From Paraspadella gotoi (lineage: Eukaryota > Animalia > Chaetognatha), in assembly GCA_051294375.1 (NCBI GenBank), contig CM119270.1, positions 4,596,152 through 4,660,151 of the forward strand: a stretch of DNA of 64,000 bases. The letters are read 5' to 3'. The notes under the pieces were generated by a model. It did not search any database, had not been told where the DNA came from, and saw only the letters and a program-made list of their open reading frames with translations. Below are positions 25,901-38,691 of this stretch, piece by piece. Each line of letters opens with the position of its first letter. Within the stretch, counting starts at the first letter, position 1. The position numbers and the translations under genes are program-made.

Positions 25901-28900
25901 CAAGTTTTCCATGGATTTCCTTGTTTTTTATCTGGAGAAAAATTCGCCGACCGCCAAGTTCGCTTAGGACGAGAAAAAAAAAGTGGGAAGAGATACGAGG
26001 AGCCTTTTGTCTTCGATTAAGCGACCAGTATTTCTTCAATTTAGCGCCTTTTTCGATCATTATTGGGTTAAAACTTTTTTTTTAATTTTTGAATATTAAT
26101 AGTTTTAATTTTGTTTTTAGGTTTTTTTTTTTGTGGTATTCTTACGATATCAGGTACAACAGACTAATTATTTTAAATATCAAAGATAAAAAAAGTAATT
26201 AAGTGTTCGGTTTAAAATAATAACTAATTTAGTTTAAACAAGCAAAAAATGGGTAAATATAATTAACTAATTAAATAATCCAACAAAAAATGTTTTAATA
26301 AAATTAGCAGGTAGGGAATCAGCAGGCGCTAGATTTTAGAAGCAGTCGAAAGCTTTCTATCGTCATTGGAAATTCGGCCCAAAAATTAAAATCGAAGTAT
26401 TTTTAAAGTTTTCATTTTTGCGAGACGCTGATCCCTCAAGTGTGAAGTACCTGGACGACATCATGCAAGGTCGGTTGCAGCCCGAGAACAGACATAAACA
26501 TAATGTAATAAACATTTAAACATCAAAAATACGGAGACTCTGGATGTATCAACGACTCGCTCACCAAACTCAACGTGATAACATTATCACCGACAGAAGA
26601 TCATGACAGCATCACGGATCATCACAACATCGTGACACGAGATCATAGCATCATCACTATCGTCATCGACGCCTTCCTTTTCACCCTTCCGTCATCTCTC
26701 AATCCCCCCCCCAAAAAAAAAAATGAACTCCAGTGCCCCCTTCGCAAGAAAAGCTCTACCCTAAATCGACGCGGCTCCACTGGCGTCGCTACCGTCACGA
26801 CTCTCTCTGCGCCTGCGACGTCAAAGAATGCGCCCGCGTCTTCACGTCGACGTCCGACGACGAGGGCGTGCCGCGCGCCGAACGCGACGCCAGGAGGCAG
26901 CGGAAGGGCGGGTTCTACTCGGGGCTGGCGGCGCCGCCCGGTGTCGAGGGGCAGATAGTCGGGTGAGGTGGGGGGTGAGGAGAAAAAGTGGGGGGGGCGT
27001 GGTTAAAGATTTTGGTTAAAGGTGAGGTGAACTCACTGGAACTCTGGAAACTAAATAGGATGCCCCCGATGTATCGGACATAATTGTTGAACATGGAGAT
27101 TAATCATTTAATGATAATTAAACGATTTTGTCATGGTTGTTGTTGGACATTGGCGAAACATCCTTTTTCACCAAATCAAACACAACCTTTTCTCCACCCA
27201 CACCTTAACCCACAACTTTACCCACCTCACCACGTCCCCGCTCGACCACCAAACCACCCCCACAGTTATCTCTGGCCGTCGCACGATTACGATCTTCCGA
27301 TCATCAAGAAACGCGTCATCCGGAAGCGACGCGAACACGAAGCGAGACGACGCCGCGCCATCGTCGAACGCGTGGGTCCCGTCGCCGCGTTCGAGGCGAC
27401 GATGGGCGTCGACGACGAAAATGACGACGACGACGACGACGATTGCAAATGTCCAGGCGCCGTGGGAAAATGCGGATGTCCCGCGGCGCCCAAGCCGGAG
27501 AGACAGAAGGGAAAGGGAGCCGAGGTGTCGGGGAATAGCGCTGAGATGGGCGCCGAGAAAGGCGCCGGGAAGGGCGCCGGGAAGAGTCTTGGACGTCACG
27601 CGATCAAACACGCTGGGCGGAAGAAAGGAAAGGATCATCTTCATCATCCTCATCATCATCCCGTCAAAAAGAGCGGGAAAATGGCGGGAAATAAAAGCGG
27701 GAATTTCGACGACGATTACGATTACGAGCCGGACGACGGCGGCAGCGGCAGCAGCGGAGCAGGAAGCGAACGCCGCGGCGGCAGCTGCGGTGGAAACACC
27801 GATCGCCGTCAAGTCTTCAACGTTAACCACAACAACGATAACAACAACGACAACAACAACGAGTTTAAAAAACGAGAATCCGCTCGACGACGGCGACAAC
27901 CACAACAACAGCAACAACAACAACAACAATATCAACAACAACAACAACGGAACTCGGGTCGCCTCCTTTCCCCGAGACGCGTCGTCGGCGACGACGACGG
28001 CGACGACGATGACAGCGACGAAGCGATCGAAGATCGAGAACAAAAATCGTCGCTGAAAAAGACGATGAAGAAGAATAAAAAGACGACGCCGACGAAGAAA
28101 ACTTTTCTTGAAACGAAAGGAAAGAGACCGAGTAGGAGGACGATATCCTCGACTGAGGACGAATGGGAAGACGACGACGACGATGACGGAGACGACGACG
28201 ATAGCGACGAAAAGAGAAGAAAGAAGGAAAAAGCGACGAGGCAGACGGGAGATAGACGGAAGATGACGTTGAGAAAGAGAGAAACGAAGAGGACGAGAGA
28301 AGACGACGACGACGACGACGATGAGGACGACGAAGAAGATGAACGAAGGAAGAAAGGACCACCGGGCGCCCAAAGCCGACAAGTCTCCCCAAGAGGCGCG
28401 CGAAGGCGAGCTGGTGACAAAATTGGCGCGCAGAGTCAGAAAAAGGACGTTGAGCCTTCGCGTAAAGCCGCTCAGAACTCCGGAAGAGTGCCTATCAGTC
28501 GAGAGAGATCCAATAGCCCCAAGAAATTTAAAAACCGTGGTAGGAGCCCTGTTAAAAATTCTTACGATACCGGTCACGAAGGGGACAATGAAGCGAGCAA
28601 TACTAATCGTCGAGGCTTGGTAACTCCTTACAAAATAGATTACCTCGTCAGAAGCCCAACAGAAGAAAATGACGATGAGGAAAATATAAACATCAGCGCA
28701 AAGAAACGCGGCAAAAGTCCGCCCAAAGGTGGCGCTAAGGGCGGTAAAAGTCCGGCTAAAGGCGCCAAGAAATCAAAATCTCCCTCTCCCGACAAAGGAG
28801 GTAAGGGAGGAAAAGGAAAAAAAGGGGGAAAGAAAGGAAAGAAAAAAGGAAAAGGAAAGAAAGGAGATGAAACTGACGACGATGACGGCGACGGTCATGA

Positions 28901-31900
28901 GAAGAAGACGACGAAAAAAGCAGCGGAGGAGGCTGCGGCTGCAGCAGCTGCGGCGGCTGCGGCGGCTGCGGCGGAAGCTGAAGCGGCAGCGCAGGCGACT
29001 TCTCCGCAGCCGCCGCCTATTCCGCCGGGAAAGTCGACGAAGAACTTTGGTCCTTGGCGACCACAGTGCTGCTACTGTCGCATCTTGAGGGAAAATATGA
29101 GGGGGAAAGGACACACACCCTTCAACGTCGCCTTCAAGAAGATGCTGTGAATCTGGAGGATGTCCAACCGATCGTCCATCTCTTCGAGAATTTGTGTCGC
29201 GAGATAAACTTGAAAAACAAACCGCTCGTCAAATTCGCCCTTGTAAAAAAAAACGTAGATTTTAGAAAGAAATAACATTTCGAATGCTGTTTTTTTTCGT
29301 GATTCTAACAAAAGAATTGAAAATATTTCAAGATTTTATCTTTAACAATATAATTCTCAGAAGTTGAGTCTTCGTGAATAGCAATAATGATATAATTTTC
29401 AATTTCACGGTTTAATATTCTTTGCTAGCGCCAATGAATAAGTAACAAAACTGGTCGAGTGGACCACAGTTTTGGATAAAAGTCGAGCCCAAGGTGAAAC
29501 AGACATTTTTAGGGAAATTTTTTTTTTTTAATTTAACTTTTTTCTAATTCAATTTTTGGTTAAGGCGACTTTCAACATTTCCGAAATCGCGCTGCAACAA
29601 TACGACGAATACGGAAAAATCTTTACGCTGAAAATTCAATTCGTCTACTACAGAGAAAAACTAGGACTCAAAGCGGATCGGATACCGGAGAAAGTGCAGA
29701 GGTGATTGGCTGAAACTTAGAATGGGCGAAGATGATTGGGCGACAAATTGAGAATGCGTTTGAAAACGCGCGGGAATGGAAATATTAATGAAATTTTTAT
29801 TCGTTATGACAATTTTATTTTTTGAAAAATTTCATCCCAACGTGGAAGATTGTGGAAACGACCGAAGTCTATTCAAGAAAACGCCGTTGGTCAGATGGTC
29901 GACCACAGGCCAAGAACGCAGGTAAACTTCATTGGTAACAATCCGAAATATAGATTGACGTTATACAAATTTACGCTTTGAAGAATCTGGAGTCACACTA
30001 GCGCTTGAAGCAAGTGTTTATTTTGTCAAAAAAGCGCTGTTTCATGTTTTGAGTTTTGGGAAATACTTAATTACTAATAATCTAATCAAATACTTAATTA
30101 CTAATAATCTAATCTAATCACTCCCCCCTATGACGTAACAGGAGGTTATCAAGTTCGGGACGATGGATTATCAAGCAATTCGAGCCGTGAAGAGAAATTT
30201 GGAAGATTGCATGATGTCAGTCAACGCTTCCAGGGAACAACAGGTTAGAAATTATTCTGTGCTTGCGGAATTAGTTTAGTTTTTTTCTTTTTAGTTTTCA
30301 ATTTTTCATTATTCTTTTTCATTTCTCTATATCAGGCCATTTTATTTCATTTTTTAAAATTAGTAACAGTTTAGAAAACAAAAGAAGTTGTAATTAGCGC
30401 GTTAAGCGTTCGCTTCTGAGTTTGATTTCATCCCAATAACTAAACGTGAAATAATTCATTAATTTGCCTTTTGCGTATTTAACAATGACCTAACAGCTAG
30501 AGGTTGAACAGAAGGTAAGAAATAACTAAGAAGACTGCACGAAAAAAAAAACTTATCCGATTCTAGTCCAAAAATATTTCTCCTGCATTTTCGACGTTGT
30601 TCCTTGACACGACTCTTCTCGACATGCCAATTTCTTCGGCTCAATATTTAACAAGATTAACCAATTTAAAAATAAAACAAACAACGTAGGATAATGTGTT
30701 CATATTAGGATTAGCATGAAGTAAGAAAAAATATTAGTGAAAATTAACCTGAAAAGTCTTAGTTCGCATTGGGGCATCGTGTTTTGACACAGTTTATGCG
30801 TATCGTGTAGGCAATAATGTCTCAAAATTATCTTACTAAACTCCTGTTGATATATTAAACCAAAATGTAGAAATAAATTCTATACAGTGCTTCTTATTGT
30901 TTGTTTGTTGTGAAACGTAATTTATTCTAAAACACTTAATAAATTTCTTATGAAGAAAACGCGGCGGGGTCTCTCTCTCTCTCTGCTCTCTTCTCGCGTC
31001 TCTCATCTAGGTCTCTCCCGTTGTCGTCTCTCTCTCTCTCCGCTCTCTCTTCTCTCTCTCCTCTTATCGGCTGTTCCTCATGCCAGGTTCACATTGACCT
31101 CACTGCCGACCTTTCCACTCTCCCACGTGACATTGCCGCTATCTCGTAAATTCCCTTCACCTCATAGAACCGCATTTATTTAACACAAACATTTTATCGT
31201 CTATTACCTCCATAGAGTTTGGTTTTAACGAAGTAAATAATATAATATAATAATATAATAATATAACAATTCAAATACAAGCCATAGATTTAACATAGTA
31301 GATATATATGGTTCATCATCAAGTCTATTTTTATAAAATAATTTCACATTCACTATCTCTTTCTCCTAAAAATCTCTTTATAATCTAACTTAGTATATCC
31401 GGCCGTATTTTCGAAAAGGGATCCATTTCAGCTTAAATTCAGAAAATCGAGTTAAAAGGTTAAGTTAAAGATTTGGTTAAAAATTTGGTTAAAGATTAAA
31501 GGATTAAGGATTTGGGTCAAGGGATAAAGTTAGTTATTCCGGTTATTAATTAAGGTTTGTGATTTGGGTTAAGGATTAGCAATAGGGGATTAGCTTAAAT
31601 ATTTGGTAAAAGATTAAGAATAAATATTTAAATAAAATCTAAAATTAAATTCATGGATTCAGGAACAGAAATGGGGCGCTTTTGGAAAATAGTGTCGTGT
31701 ATCTATTTCCAGTTGAACGTCGCCCTTTTCCCCTCTCCCCCTCTCCCCCCCCCCCTCAGAATTTCATCTACACCCAAGAAGAGATTTCAGGTCACGTGGT
31801 CGACGAGTACAGAGCCGAGGTGGACAAGACGGGGACCGTCACCTTTCATGTCTGCAGAGTCAGGATATTCGTGCTCGCCTTCTTGTCGGGTAAGGGAAGG

Positions 31901-34869
31901 GATTGAATTAATGAATGAATGAATGAATTGAATGAATGAATGAATGGAAGAATGAATGAATGAATGAATGAATGAATGAATGAATGAATGAATGAATGAA
32001 TGAATGAATGAATGAATGAATGAAAAATAGTATTAAATGCATGCATGAAAGTGATTGAAGGAAGATTAAAAAAGTGTTTGTAAATTAACACTATTCACAG
32101 TTCGTTAATAACTATAACTACAACTATAAGTATTATAAATAAAAGATTTCATTCAGACATGCCGGACGTGGAGGTAGGGATCAACGACAGGGAGAGACAG
32201 GGCAAAGAAATCGTTGGGAGACATGACATTATCCCCATTAAGACCGAAGAATGGATTCGGCTCATCGATCAGGAATTCCATCCTGCGAGTAAGATTCAAT
32301 CAATCGATCAACCAATCAAACCAATCAAATCAATAACAACATCAGAAATTTACGGTAAATATACTAATATATAAATCAGTCCTAAAATCATTCCGAAATT
32401 GAATTAAAAACATCATTTTAGTTATTATAAATAAATAGATAAGTAAAACCAAATCAATCATTCGGCCAATAAATTAAATAAACAAACAGAATAATACTAA
32501 ATTCATCATTCAATCAAAAGTCATTAAAACAATCAATTCCTTTAACTCCACCCCCCCCCCGACCACCTCCCCCCCCCTCATCCCCAGTCCGAGTCCAAGA
32601 CTTCGAAAAGAACGGGAACCTTCTAAAGTTCGAACCTCTGGACGGAGCTCTCTTCGAGATCATGAGGTTCCGCGTTCGACTCCCGAAGAAACGCGAGCTT
32701 CCGCTCATCATCCGATGCACAACGACTTTCGTCGCCAGAACGCGCGTCGAGGTTCGATGCGAAGTCACTGTGCCGGGATATTTCTCCAACTCCAAGCGGC
32801 ACGGACAGGTGGAAGGGGAGGGGGGCGGGTAGGGGGTCGGAAATGAGGGAAATGAGGAATTGAAGAAACGAGGGGAAAGAATCTTAATCGTTTTAAAAAA
32901 GTAGAAAAATTGGTTAATGTTTCAAAATTAATGTTAATGCTTAAAATTTGGTTAATGTTTCGACTTTCTGATTTGATTAAGAGACTGTAAAAGACTCTCG
33001 ATCGAAATCTTGAAGGTTCCTGCTATGTTATTATCTTGTATGAGTGACGGAGGGTATCCATAGTTAGGGGCAGGATAGCTTATTTTATTTTTATTTTATT
33101 GGTTGTACCCAATTTCATACAACTTCCTAAAACTTCATACAATTTCCTTTAATAAAAAGGCCATTGGCATGGTCGAGATCTGCAACAACAACAACAACAA
33201 CAACGTCAATAACAACGACAACGACCTCAACGATAAATCCTCAATGATAAGTTTGTTTCAGGTTCCGTGCGACAACATTCAGATCCGAATTCCTCTTCCC
33301 GAATGTTGGATCTACAAATTTCGGGTTGAGAAGAGGTTTAAGTACGGGTCAGTTCATTCCGCCCACAGAAAAGCAGGAAAGGTGAGTTAAGAGGGTGAGT
33401 GAAAGAAAGGAAAAAGAAAGAAAGAAAAGGAAAAAATTAACAACAATGGACTGACCTTATTCCCTATCAAACACGACCTCTTCCAAAACTCAAGTCTTCC
33501 GTCTTTCGCAAAATTAGGTGAAGGGCGTGGAGCGAGTAATAGGAATGACTTCGGCGCTAAACGACCAACTGATGGAGACCTCGTGCGGCGACGCAAAGTA
33601 CGACACATTCTCAGATCCGTCGTGTGGAGGATCGAGAGATTGCCGCAGCGCGGGGAAGGTGAGTAAAGGGTTAGTCAAGGGATGACTGCAGCCGCGGCGG
33701 AAGGTAAGGAAACGGGTGAAAAAAAGAGAAAACTGCGGCTGCTGGGTGACGGTAAGGAAACGGATGAAGAGTGGAAAAGGTAAAAAAGGAAAATAGGTAA
33801 GGAATAGAAGCTGGAAGGAGCCGTGATTTGTGATGGTAAGGTTGAAAGTAGTATAAGAGGTTCTTGAAAAGTAAAGTAAAGTCGTCGAGCACGTATTCTA
33901 TTCCACAGGCGCTTACAAGACCCACGTGTTCAGCTGTGGCTTCGACGTGGGCGCCCACGACGAGTGGCCGGACGCCTTCGAAGACCACTTCTTTGTGGAG
34001 TACACGCAGCCGTCGACGACGCAGTCCAAGACTCAAATCAGGTGGGTGAATGAATGCGCGAGAGAATTTATAAACTGATTTATTGAATTATTAATTATTA
34101 ATTAATTAATTGTTAATCGATGACTGAATCAATCAATCATCCATCAATAGATTAAGAAAAGAACGAATGATTGATTGAATAAATCCACGAATAAATTAAT
34201 TAATTAATTAAATTAGCGAATAATTAATTTAACAATCAACAAAACAGGTCGATCTCCGTCTCCTCCCCCCTCAACCGACCCTTTCCCGAAAAGTGGGTCA
34301 AGCTAATGACGAAGGCAGAGTATCGTTGCGAGATGAACTACGACACGAGAGAACCCGTCAAGGTTAAGAGGGAGAAGGGGGTGGGTGGTCATTAACTAAT
34401 TTGGTTTTCAATCTTATAGATTAAAATTTGGACTTCTTTGATTTTAGTTCATTTTCTTTCAAACTTTCGTTTTGCTCCATTCTTTTATGCGGTTTTTTCT
34501 GGCCGCGCCTGGGCGTGAATCAATTAGACTTTGCAATAATTTTTTGAAAAAATATGACTATGAGTGAAATTCGAAGAAATAAAGGGAAGAGAAAAAAAAA
34601 ATTCGGTGGAGCTTTTGAAAACATTATGCCAAAATATTTTATATTTTATATCTTGTTCATTTTTATAGTAAGGAGAACGTTTGTTTTGGTCGTAACAACG
34701 GCAAAGTTTATAAGAAATAAACGAACATGTTTCGCACTAAATCGAAAGTCTTCTTCAGCGCAAAACAAGATTGTTTTATAAAACTTGTTTTTTTTAGCTT
34801 GACATAGTTTAAAAATTAAACTGTTTTTTTTTTCAGATGGGCAAAGACGGCCTCCCGCCGACGCCTTAA
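14439..34869 (+). CDS. stnB: Stoned-B/stonin endocytic adaptor (stonin-homology domain + mu-homology domain), multi-exon, 5' end incomplete
   Basis: Exons: 14439-14588(gap), 15906-16046 (WPVMIRFPMKPK), 16605-16775 (noisy; YSQKPFSFEPLQ), 29565-29701 (ISEIALQQYDEYGKIFTLKIQFVYYREK), 29849-29921, 30142-30243 (VIKFGTMDY), 31760-31889 (YTQEEI..VVDEY), 32157-32288 (GINDRERQGKEIVGRHDIIPIKTEEWIRL), 32588-32808 (KFEPLDGALFEIMRFRV), 33262-33381 (IRIPLPECWIYKFRVEKRFKYGSVHSAHRKAGK), 33518-33658, 33909-34041, 34248-34362 (PEKWV), 34837-34869 stop. All introns are GT-AG with compatible phases. The motifs match my recollection of stoned B/STON2. Confidence 0.93.
17394..21118 (+). pseudogene. Frameshift-riddled first copy of the nested low-complexity gene
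   Basis: Colinear with 25710-29275 but broken into many short ORFs. Probably uncorrected read errors rather than a real pseudogene. Confidence 0.6.
21438..24228 (+). pseudogene. Error-rich duplicate of five stoned exons
   Basis: Matches the exons in 29565-32288, with indels. Confidence 0.7.
25710..29275 (+). CDS. Orphan K/R/D/E-rich low-complexity protein gene nested in a stoned intron
   Basis: Exons ~25710-26026 (noisy), 26425-26469, 26734-26962 and 27266-~29275. The phases join (IMQ-V-PPSQEK; QIV-G-YLWPSH). The last exon is open for more than 600 codons, with poly-D, poly-Q, poly-A and KSP/KKGK tracts. The stop at 29150 looks like a 1-bp deletion, since copy 1 reads KKMLLNLEDVQ. Confidence 0.8.
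31910..32022. repeat. (GAAT)n microsatellite
   Basis: Seen directly; duplicate at ~23855-23950. Confidence 0.95.
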
Positions 34870-37076
34870 AAAAAAACAAAAACAAAAACAAAAACAAACT
34901 CAAAAGAGACTCGGAACTTTTTCTCATATTTCGTCCTTCAACGACGACGAACTTGGGCTTTCATCCGAAATTTCTAAAAATATCGCGACGACAATCATCG
35001 ATTCACTTCGGGGGGGGGGGGTTGGGGGGGCGTTGGGGGGGAGACGGGGGGGTGTTGGGGGGGGGAGAAGGGCCGAGGATGATTCTACTCTGTGATTGAT
35101 AGAGAGCGGAGCAGTGAGTTGCTTGGCCGTGAAGGGATGCTTGGTCGAAGGCTTGCTCGTCTTCGCTTATTAACCGAATCCCCTTCCCTACGAGGAAAAG
35201 TAAGAAAGCGGCGTCCCCGCGATTTAGGCGTCTTTTCGTGGCAAAAAAAAAAAAAAGGAAAAAAAAAGAAAACACGCCGGGATTTCACGGCGTTGGTTCC
35301 ATCAACGGCGTCATTTATAAACTCCGTGACTCTTCCCCCGGCGCCGTCCGAAACGCCGCTCTCTTCCTCTTTCCTTTGAAATAAAAATAATTATAAAAGT
35401 CTTTATATATCCGTCGTATATTCGTTTTATCATTTTATATCTTTAACCTTCCGTTCGATGGAAAAAAAAACAAACGTTTCCATCGTTTTTTTTTAAATTT
35501 GTTTTCATCCTAATAACTATGTTTTTTTCTTAAAGAAAGTGTCTTTTAAATCTTTGGTGTTGCAGTGCGTGTTTGCCTTTATAGTTTATTTCATGAAACC
35601 TTTATTATTTTTTTTTAAGCTTTCGTCATTTATCTTTTACGCTTAAAACGGTTACGAATATATCAGTCATTAACTTTCGTTTTTCACAATCGAGCGAAAA
35701 TGTTTAAAATTTTTTTTTTCTTTACTACGTAAATTAATTCGTTTGAAAACAATTTTAACCGCTTTCAAACGACATGTTTCTAGTCATAGTGGTCATTCAT
35801 AATCGTCAAATGAAAAAATAAAAAATATCATTCCACTTTTTATGCCATTCTATTTCTCGCTAATCACCACAGCAAATCACACAGACGCCGTCGTGCTAAA
35901 AATAAATACGGAATTCAATACAGATCCGAATATCTTTTTACTCTCGTAATTAACCGTGACGTGTTAACAAAAAAACATAGTTTTTTTTTTTTTTTTTATA
36001 CGGCCATAGATTTTTAAGAAAAAAATCGACTTTTAACCTCTTTCGCGTTTAAGATGCATGCAAAGGATTGTATAAAGGATAGTTTATATTTTTATAAAAG
36101 CGTATTAAAAGATGGTTATAATTTAGGATAAAAAATTGTAATCAATCGTTGAACGACATTTTCCCTCTTCTGACTTTGCATGGGTCTTTGTTATACGAAA
36201 TCCAGATTACCTAGTGTACTATTTATTATTTATTTTAAACGTTTTGTCGGTCGCAAGAAAACATGTTCTATCTCGCGCTCTCTCTCTCTCTCTCTCTCAT
36301 TCATTAGTCGCATTATTTTTTACGTGTTTGAGATTTTATGAAGACAAGAGATTCAGCTTTCGCGCCAATGAATTTTTTGACAAGTGTCCGTATTAATTTC
36401 ACACAAGTTCGTTTCATCGATAATATTTTTTATTTACGTTGAAAATAAAAAAAAATACAGTCTAGTGATAATTTTGGCTTATTCCTCTTAGATATTCATA
36501 GATATTCATAGATATTCTATCCATAGATATTCTATAGGGACTTATAAAGTTTAACTAATTTCATACAGGAAAAAAAAAACCGTTTAATGCAGCGGAAAAA
36601 ATGAATTCTAAAATTAATAGTAAAAGATAAAACTAAATTAAACAAATTAATGCGGGACATAAAAATAAAATACGCAGTTCAAAATTATAGTCAAATTAGT
36701 GACGAGGATTGAGCAGTAAACATTTATATATACATGCACATGATTACGAAAGAATAACAAAGTTGGTAATTACTAGAAAAAACACTATTTTAGTATTTAG
36801 TATTTATCATTTTATCGGAGTTTTTATTGCAGATTCTGATGCAAGATTCTTCATCTATAATAAATGATAATCTAATAATACTGATGGTCAAAAGATAGCG
36901 TACATAAATCAAGCTTTCTCTTTACCAATTCTCGATTCGACAAACCAGAATATTTTTCATTCAGAATAAATCTGATTAAACAGCGAGAAATCATTACGAA
37001 ATTTTTCTCGCTTCGATTCCCACAGTGGGCTACACTAAACTAGTATGTCGGTATATTTATTATCATTTTTTTAAAC

Positions 37077-38691
37077 TTAACCTAAACTGACTCTGATCTG
37101 CGCCATCTTCTCGTTATAAAACCTTTCCCACGATTGTCTGAATTGCTCCGGCAAAAACCCAACGTCGTCCGTCTTTACTTGCGGCGCGACGTTGAACTCC
37201 GGCGGCACCGGCACGGGCGCCATCTGCGACCAGACGATGTTTTGCCCGCAACCTTTGTTCCGGTTGGATTTAATATGCTGAGCGTGGCGATCTAACAAAC
37301 GCGCGATCTGCAATTCTTGTGCCGAGTCGTTCCAGATAAACTGGAAGGTCGCCATGACTCCGCTGCCACCTCCGCGGACGTCGAGGGCGTTGACCAATGC
37401 CCCGCACGTGGTCTGTCCCTCGCAGCCAACGACCTTGGCCCAAACGCAACCGCAATGCGGGCAACTTCTCAGGTCGCTGACTCCGTGGGGAGCCGCATGT
37501 TCCAAAGACTTGATCCTGACGTCGTGAAGGATCGTCTTGAGCTGATTGGTCAGACTGGCGATGTGGCCGGCCTCATTGGCCAAACGAGAGTCGTCGCAAA
37601 AGGTGAAATCATTATGATCGGCGACGCGTTTCTTCGCCTCCTCGATCTCCAACAGCATCCAAGCCTGAAACTCGAAGATCAGGTCAACCTGCTGCAGCGA
37701 CTGATAGCGCTGCTGGTGCTGGTAGAACCTCTGCCGGATGGTCTCGAAGCGCTGGACCTCTTTGCGGACGCTAGCGAGAATCTTCAGGCTGCGATCGTTG
37801 ATGCGGAAGAATTGGAGGAAGTTGTTGCAGTCGATGGAGATGTTCATGGGCTCGCGTTGAATGATGCTCTTTAATCCTTGAAGGAGTTGTGCAGACGTCG
37901 AGTGGAGGCGGGAGAACATCACGGATCTAGAATAAGACGGTTTATATACTTTTAAAAAAAACAACAACAACAACATCACCACTCACTCTATCCCGCAGTT
38001 TTGATCGAGCGCGGATCGAAACTCGGGCTCTTTCCAAGTGACCGTGTCCATGTGAGTCACGCACACTCCGACGATCCTGTTGAACTCGAGAAAGCCTTCG
38101 GCATACTTAGTGACGGCATCGATGACGTTGGAGACGCCCGTGTCGGCCTTGACGACGATGAGCAAGAGGCCGACAGGCCGACGGCTCATGGCTGACGCGA
38201 TTTGGGCGTTGTGATCGAACCTCTTGGAAATGGGGTTCGTGCCCGGTGTGTCGCAGATGATCGTCCTCTCGAAGTCATCTCGGACCACGTACTCACTCGC
38301 TTCTTGAGTGAAGCTCGTGCTTTGAGTCGAGCGGAGACCCTGAACGCCGCAAAGCTTTTCCACGAGCGTCGATTTTCCGACGCGGACGTCGCCAACTAAG
38401 ACCGCGTATGGGGAAGCTGTTCGGGGTGGAGGTTGAAGGTTATCAAAGTGGGGCAAGAGGAAACAAAAATTTAAACGTAAACCAATGCGAAGTCGTTGAA
38501 CGCGGTTAAAGATATTTCGCGGCCTCTAAAACAATAAACAGTAATAGGAACTAAAAAAAAAAAAAAGAACGAACGAATTAACGAATTAATGAAAAAACGA
38601 AGGAAAAATTAATAAATTAATGTTTAGAAACAAAAAATGCGACGAACAAACCTGTATTAGAAGTTCCGCTCCAGAATTTAGAAGAAGCCAT
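37077..38691 (-). CDS. P-loop GTPase (TRAFAC, AIG1/MMR_HSR1-like G domain) with helical middle and Cys-rich C-terminus, ~439 aa
   Basis: Exons 38691-38652, 38416-37987 and 37926-37077 join in phase (1320 nt). G1 GDVRVGKS, G2 Thr (SFT), G3 DTPG, G4-like THMD. The C-terminus has CPHC..W....GC....C. Confidence 0.88.

Larger units (their letters stand above)
16085..32338 (+). repeat. ~8.1-kb tandem duplication (copy 1 16085-24274; copy 2 24300-~32338), probably an assembly artefact
   Basis: Sequence after the 24275-24299 gap restarts at the 16085 sequence. The copies are colinear and differ mostly by scattered 1-bp indels that ignore reading frame. Confidence 0.92.

Noticed and set aside
27168-28577. 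469-aa antisense ORF
   Set aside because: Shadow of the low-complexity + strand ORF, with no independent splice or motif support.
29820-29848. Apparent non-AG acceptor for a stoned exon
   Set aside because: The AAG at 29848 gives a clean in-phase exon (RLWKRPKSIQENAVGQMVDHRPRTQ).
33595-33612. Frameshift in a stoned exon (YDTFS instead of YEHILRSVVWRI) as pseudogenisation or programmed frameshift
   Set aside because: One missing base restores the conserved motif and the exon phase. The region is indel-noisy, so an assembly error is likeliest.
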